DNA from: Penicillus capitatus
Lineage: Eukaryota; Plantae; Chlorophyta
Length of the DNA: 64,000 bases
NCBI GenBank assembly: GCA_965649825.1
Contig: OZ287696.1
Location: forward strand, 1,894,081 to 1,958,080
Direction: 5' to 3'
The notes beneath the pieces were generated by a model, which saw nothing but the letters and a program-made list of their open reading frames with translations, had not been told where the DNA came from and made no database searches. Shown here piece by piece: positions 61,766 through 64,000 of this stretch (within the stretch, counting starts at the first letter, position 1; each line of letters starts with the position of its first letter). The position numbers and the translations under genes were made by a program.

Positions 61766-63988
61766 ATGGCGAAGTACCGGCCGCAACGAAACGTGTGGCG
61801 TCGAGTGTGTATCTGATCTTTACAATGACCATTCCGACTCTTCTGTCTGTGTTGCTTAGGAAGAGAGACAAGACGATGAGGCAAAGGAACGACGTTCGTC
61901 GCTCTTGACTCTTACGACAGGAAGAGCGATGGACGGATACTCATGGGTAGCTCGAAGTCTCAGTCTTTATGGACGTCCCAGTAATGTATTATACCGTCCG
62001 TGGCAAGAGAAACGACGGAAAGCCGTTCCAAAACAAAAACGCCGCCACGAACGGCGAAAACAGCAGAAAGAGGCAGATCCCGGCGCGAACGCCCAGTCTA
62101 TGCGGTTTTGGACGAAGGCAAAAGAGTACTTTGCTGAAGTGACAAGCACTGGTGTGAGAGATCGCTGAGTGTCATGATTAGATGTGCCTGGCCAGGTCGA
62201 TGCTTATGAGCTGACTGTCGAATCTCCAACCCCTCTGAAGAATTACTGTCTTCCTGATCAGACGGATGAGATGCTTGAGGCCATGGAAAGACAACGTCAG
62301 GAGTGGCAGCCCCTGCCAGAACATCTCTCCCTTGCGGCAGCATTAAACGGCATCTTTAAACAACGATCTCCGCCACATGAGGACAGAGAAGGCGCCACAG
62401 AGCACAACGAAATGCATTTGATTGAAGAGGAGGAGGAACGGCGCTCAGTTTTCGAATTGGGAGAGATACGGGAGGAAATCGAAGCAACGCCCCAGAAATC
62501 GGCGCATCTTTTGGAGTTTGATCATCCCCTGTCCCTTCGACGGCCAACCAAGCGAAGAGAATCGGAACTGCTAGAACCGAGTTCGAGGCATACGACTGCC
62601 GAAAAGGAAAAAGAGAACAGCCCTGTGCAGCAAGATCCATTTCAGGCACTTCTGGACGCCTGTCACCAGTCGCACCTGTCCAAGGAGTCGCTGCCCTCAA
62701 TGGATGTCCTTCTCAGTGAACGGCTAAAACTGGAAAAAGTGAGACTCTTTGCAATATCTACTAGTTGGTATGCGAAAGCGTGCTAGACAGTTAAGATTGG
62801 CGAGGGTGCTTTTGGAGAGGCTTTTAAGCATGAAGACATGGTGGTGAAAATCGTTCCGTTTGCGGGAAGCACATTGGTCTGTGGTTACGAGCAGAAAGAT
62901 GCCGAACACTTCCTTCCGGAGGTCCTCATCAGTCATCTCCTTTCCGATCTCCGTGGTCCGTCCATTCAGACATCGTACATCCAACAGCTGCCGTTGCAGG
63001 AGAGAGTGAAAAATCGACGCAGCACGCATGTCCCGGTTTTGCCCATACATCTGACACAAAGATCTGCCATGGACCTTACCCTGCTTTACTCGTGCAAGAA
63101 TGGGAACGGTAAGTCTTCATACAACAGCACGAAAATCGTGTGAAAAAATTTGCAGATGGGCGACACGTCACGGCACGGAGAACGATATCGTTTCGTGCTT
63201 TCCTGGACATCAGCTGTTTATTGTCTTCTTTATCGAGGATGGCGGCTGCGACTTGGACAGTTACCCTCTCAGATCCTTTCAAGAAATCAAATCCGTGCTC
63301 CTGCAAGTTAGCAACAGTTTCTCACACTTCTCACACTTATCGTATTCTATAAAGGTAACAATGAGCCTTGCGATCGCCGAGGCTGCTTATCAGTTTGAGC
63401 ATCGCGATCTGCATCTTGGCAATATCTTGCTGAACAAGGTTGATCAGGGCCATCACTTTACTGTTAGACTCAAGGGGAAAGATATCGATCTCTGCACCGA
63501 AGGCATCCGAGTGATTCTCATCGACTTCTCCCTTTCTCGAATCGATTCTGGAGAGATCACCGTTTTCAAAGATCTCACTCTGGAACCTGAAATCTTTATG
63601 GGTCCAGCGAGGGATCCTCAAGTGAGCCATGGGATGTGTCCGTCTCGATGAAGATCTTCTCTCAGGCAGAAACGTATAGAAGGATGAAAAGAGCTGTCGG
63701 AGATAATTGGCAGGGGTTCTTTCCCCAGACAAACTGTCTCTGGATTCATTATCTGTCGGATGTGTTCCTCACCTCTAAGCAGATCCCCCTCACCAAGTCC
63801 GAAAAACAGGACATCCGAATCTTTAAGTCCGTCTCCTAATCTTTTTGATGCAGTTTAACTTTTATGGCGACAGGCGTGCTTGCATAAAGGCTAGCTCTTG
63901 TGGCGATCTCATTCTCGATGACTTCTTCAAAGGTCTCTGGGTACAGCGATCGCTAAGGACACGAAGAAAGAATGATGAAAATGTGTGA
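61766..63988 (+). CDS. HASPIN: Haspin (histone H3T3) kinase; start approximate
   Basis: KEYFAE|VDAYELTVESPTP (plant haspin N-terminal motif), KIGEGAFGEAF, VVKIVPF, FEHRDLHLGNIL, LIDFSLSRI, QAETYRRMK, TNCLWIHYL. Confidence 0.92.
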
Positions 63989-64000
63989 GATGTATGAAAG

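Overview
Eukaryotic nuclear DNA, about 50% GC and extremely gene-dense (about 38 protein-coding loci in 64 kb), with many short spliceosomal introns (mostly about 40-60 nt) and the standard genetic code. Plant-type genes (AFR/SAP30-like, BLISTER-like, PHR1-type MYB-CC, gamma-CAL, organelle-targeted ArgJ, plant-type SelO) occur alongside flagellar genes (IFT38/CLUAP1, D1bLIC, DPCD). This points to a green alga with a flagellated stage; a compact ulvophyte/Bryopsidales-like genome is my inference only. Gene models were assembled by eye from ORF fragments and GT-AG boundaries, so starts and some exon limits are approximate. I saw no rRNA, tRNA, CRISPR or intact transposon. Best leads: (1) a signal-peptide trypsin protease fused in frame to C-terminal ankyrin repeats; (2) a methylthioribose kinase carrying an N-terminal, apparently catalytically dead MTR-1-P isomerase domain; (3) operon-like packing, including a TGA-G-ATG junction and head-to-head ATGs 27-78 nt apart; (4) a duplicated TATA-containing noncoding element in an AT-rich island; (5) tandem-domain proteins (double cytochrome-b5-like, double winged-helix-like) and a subtilase with a long C-terminal extension.
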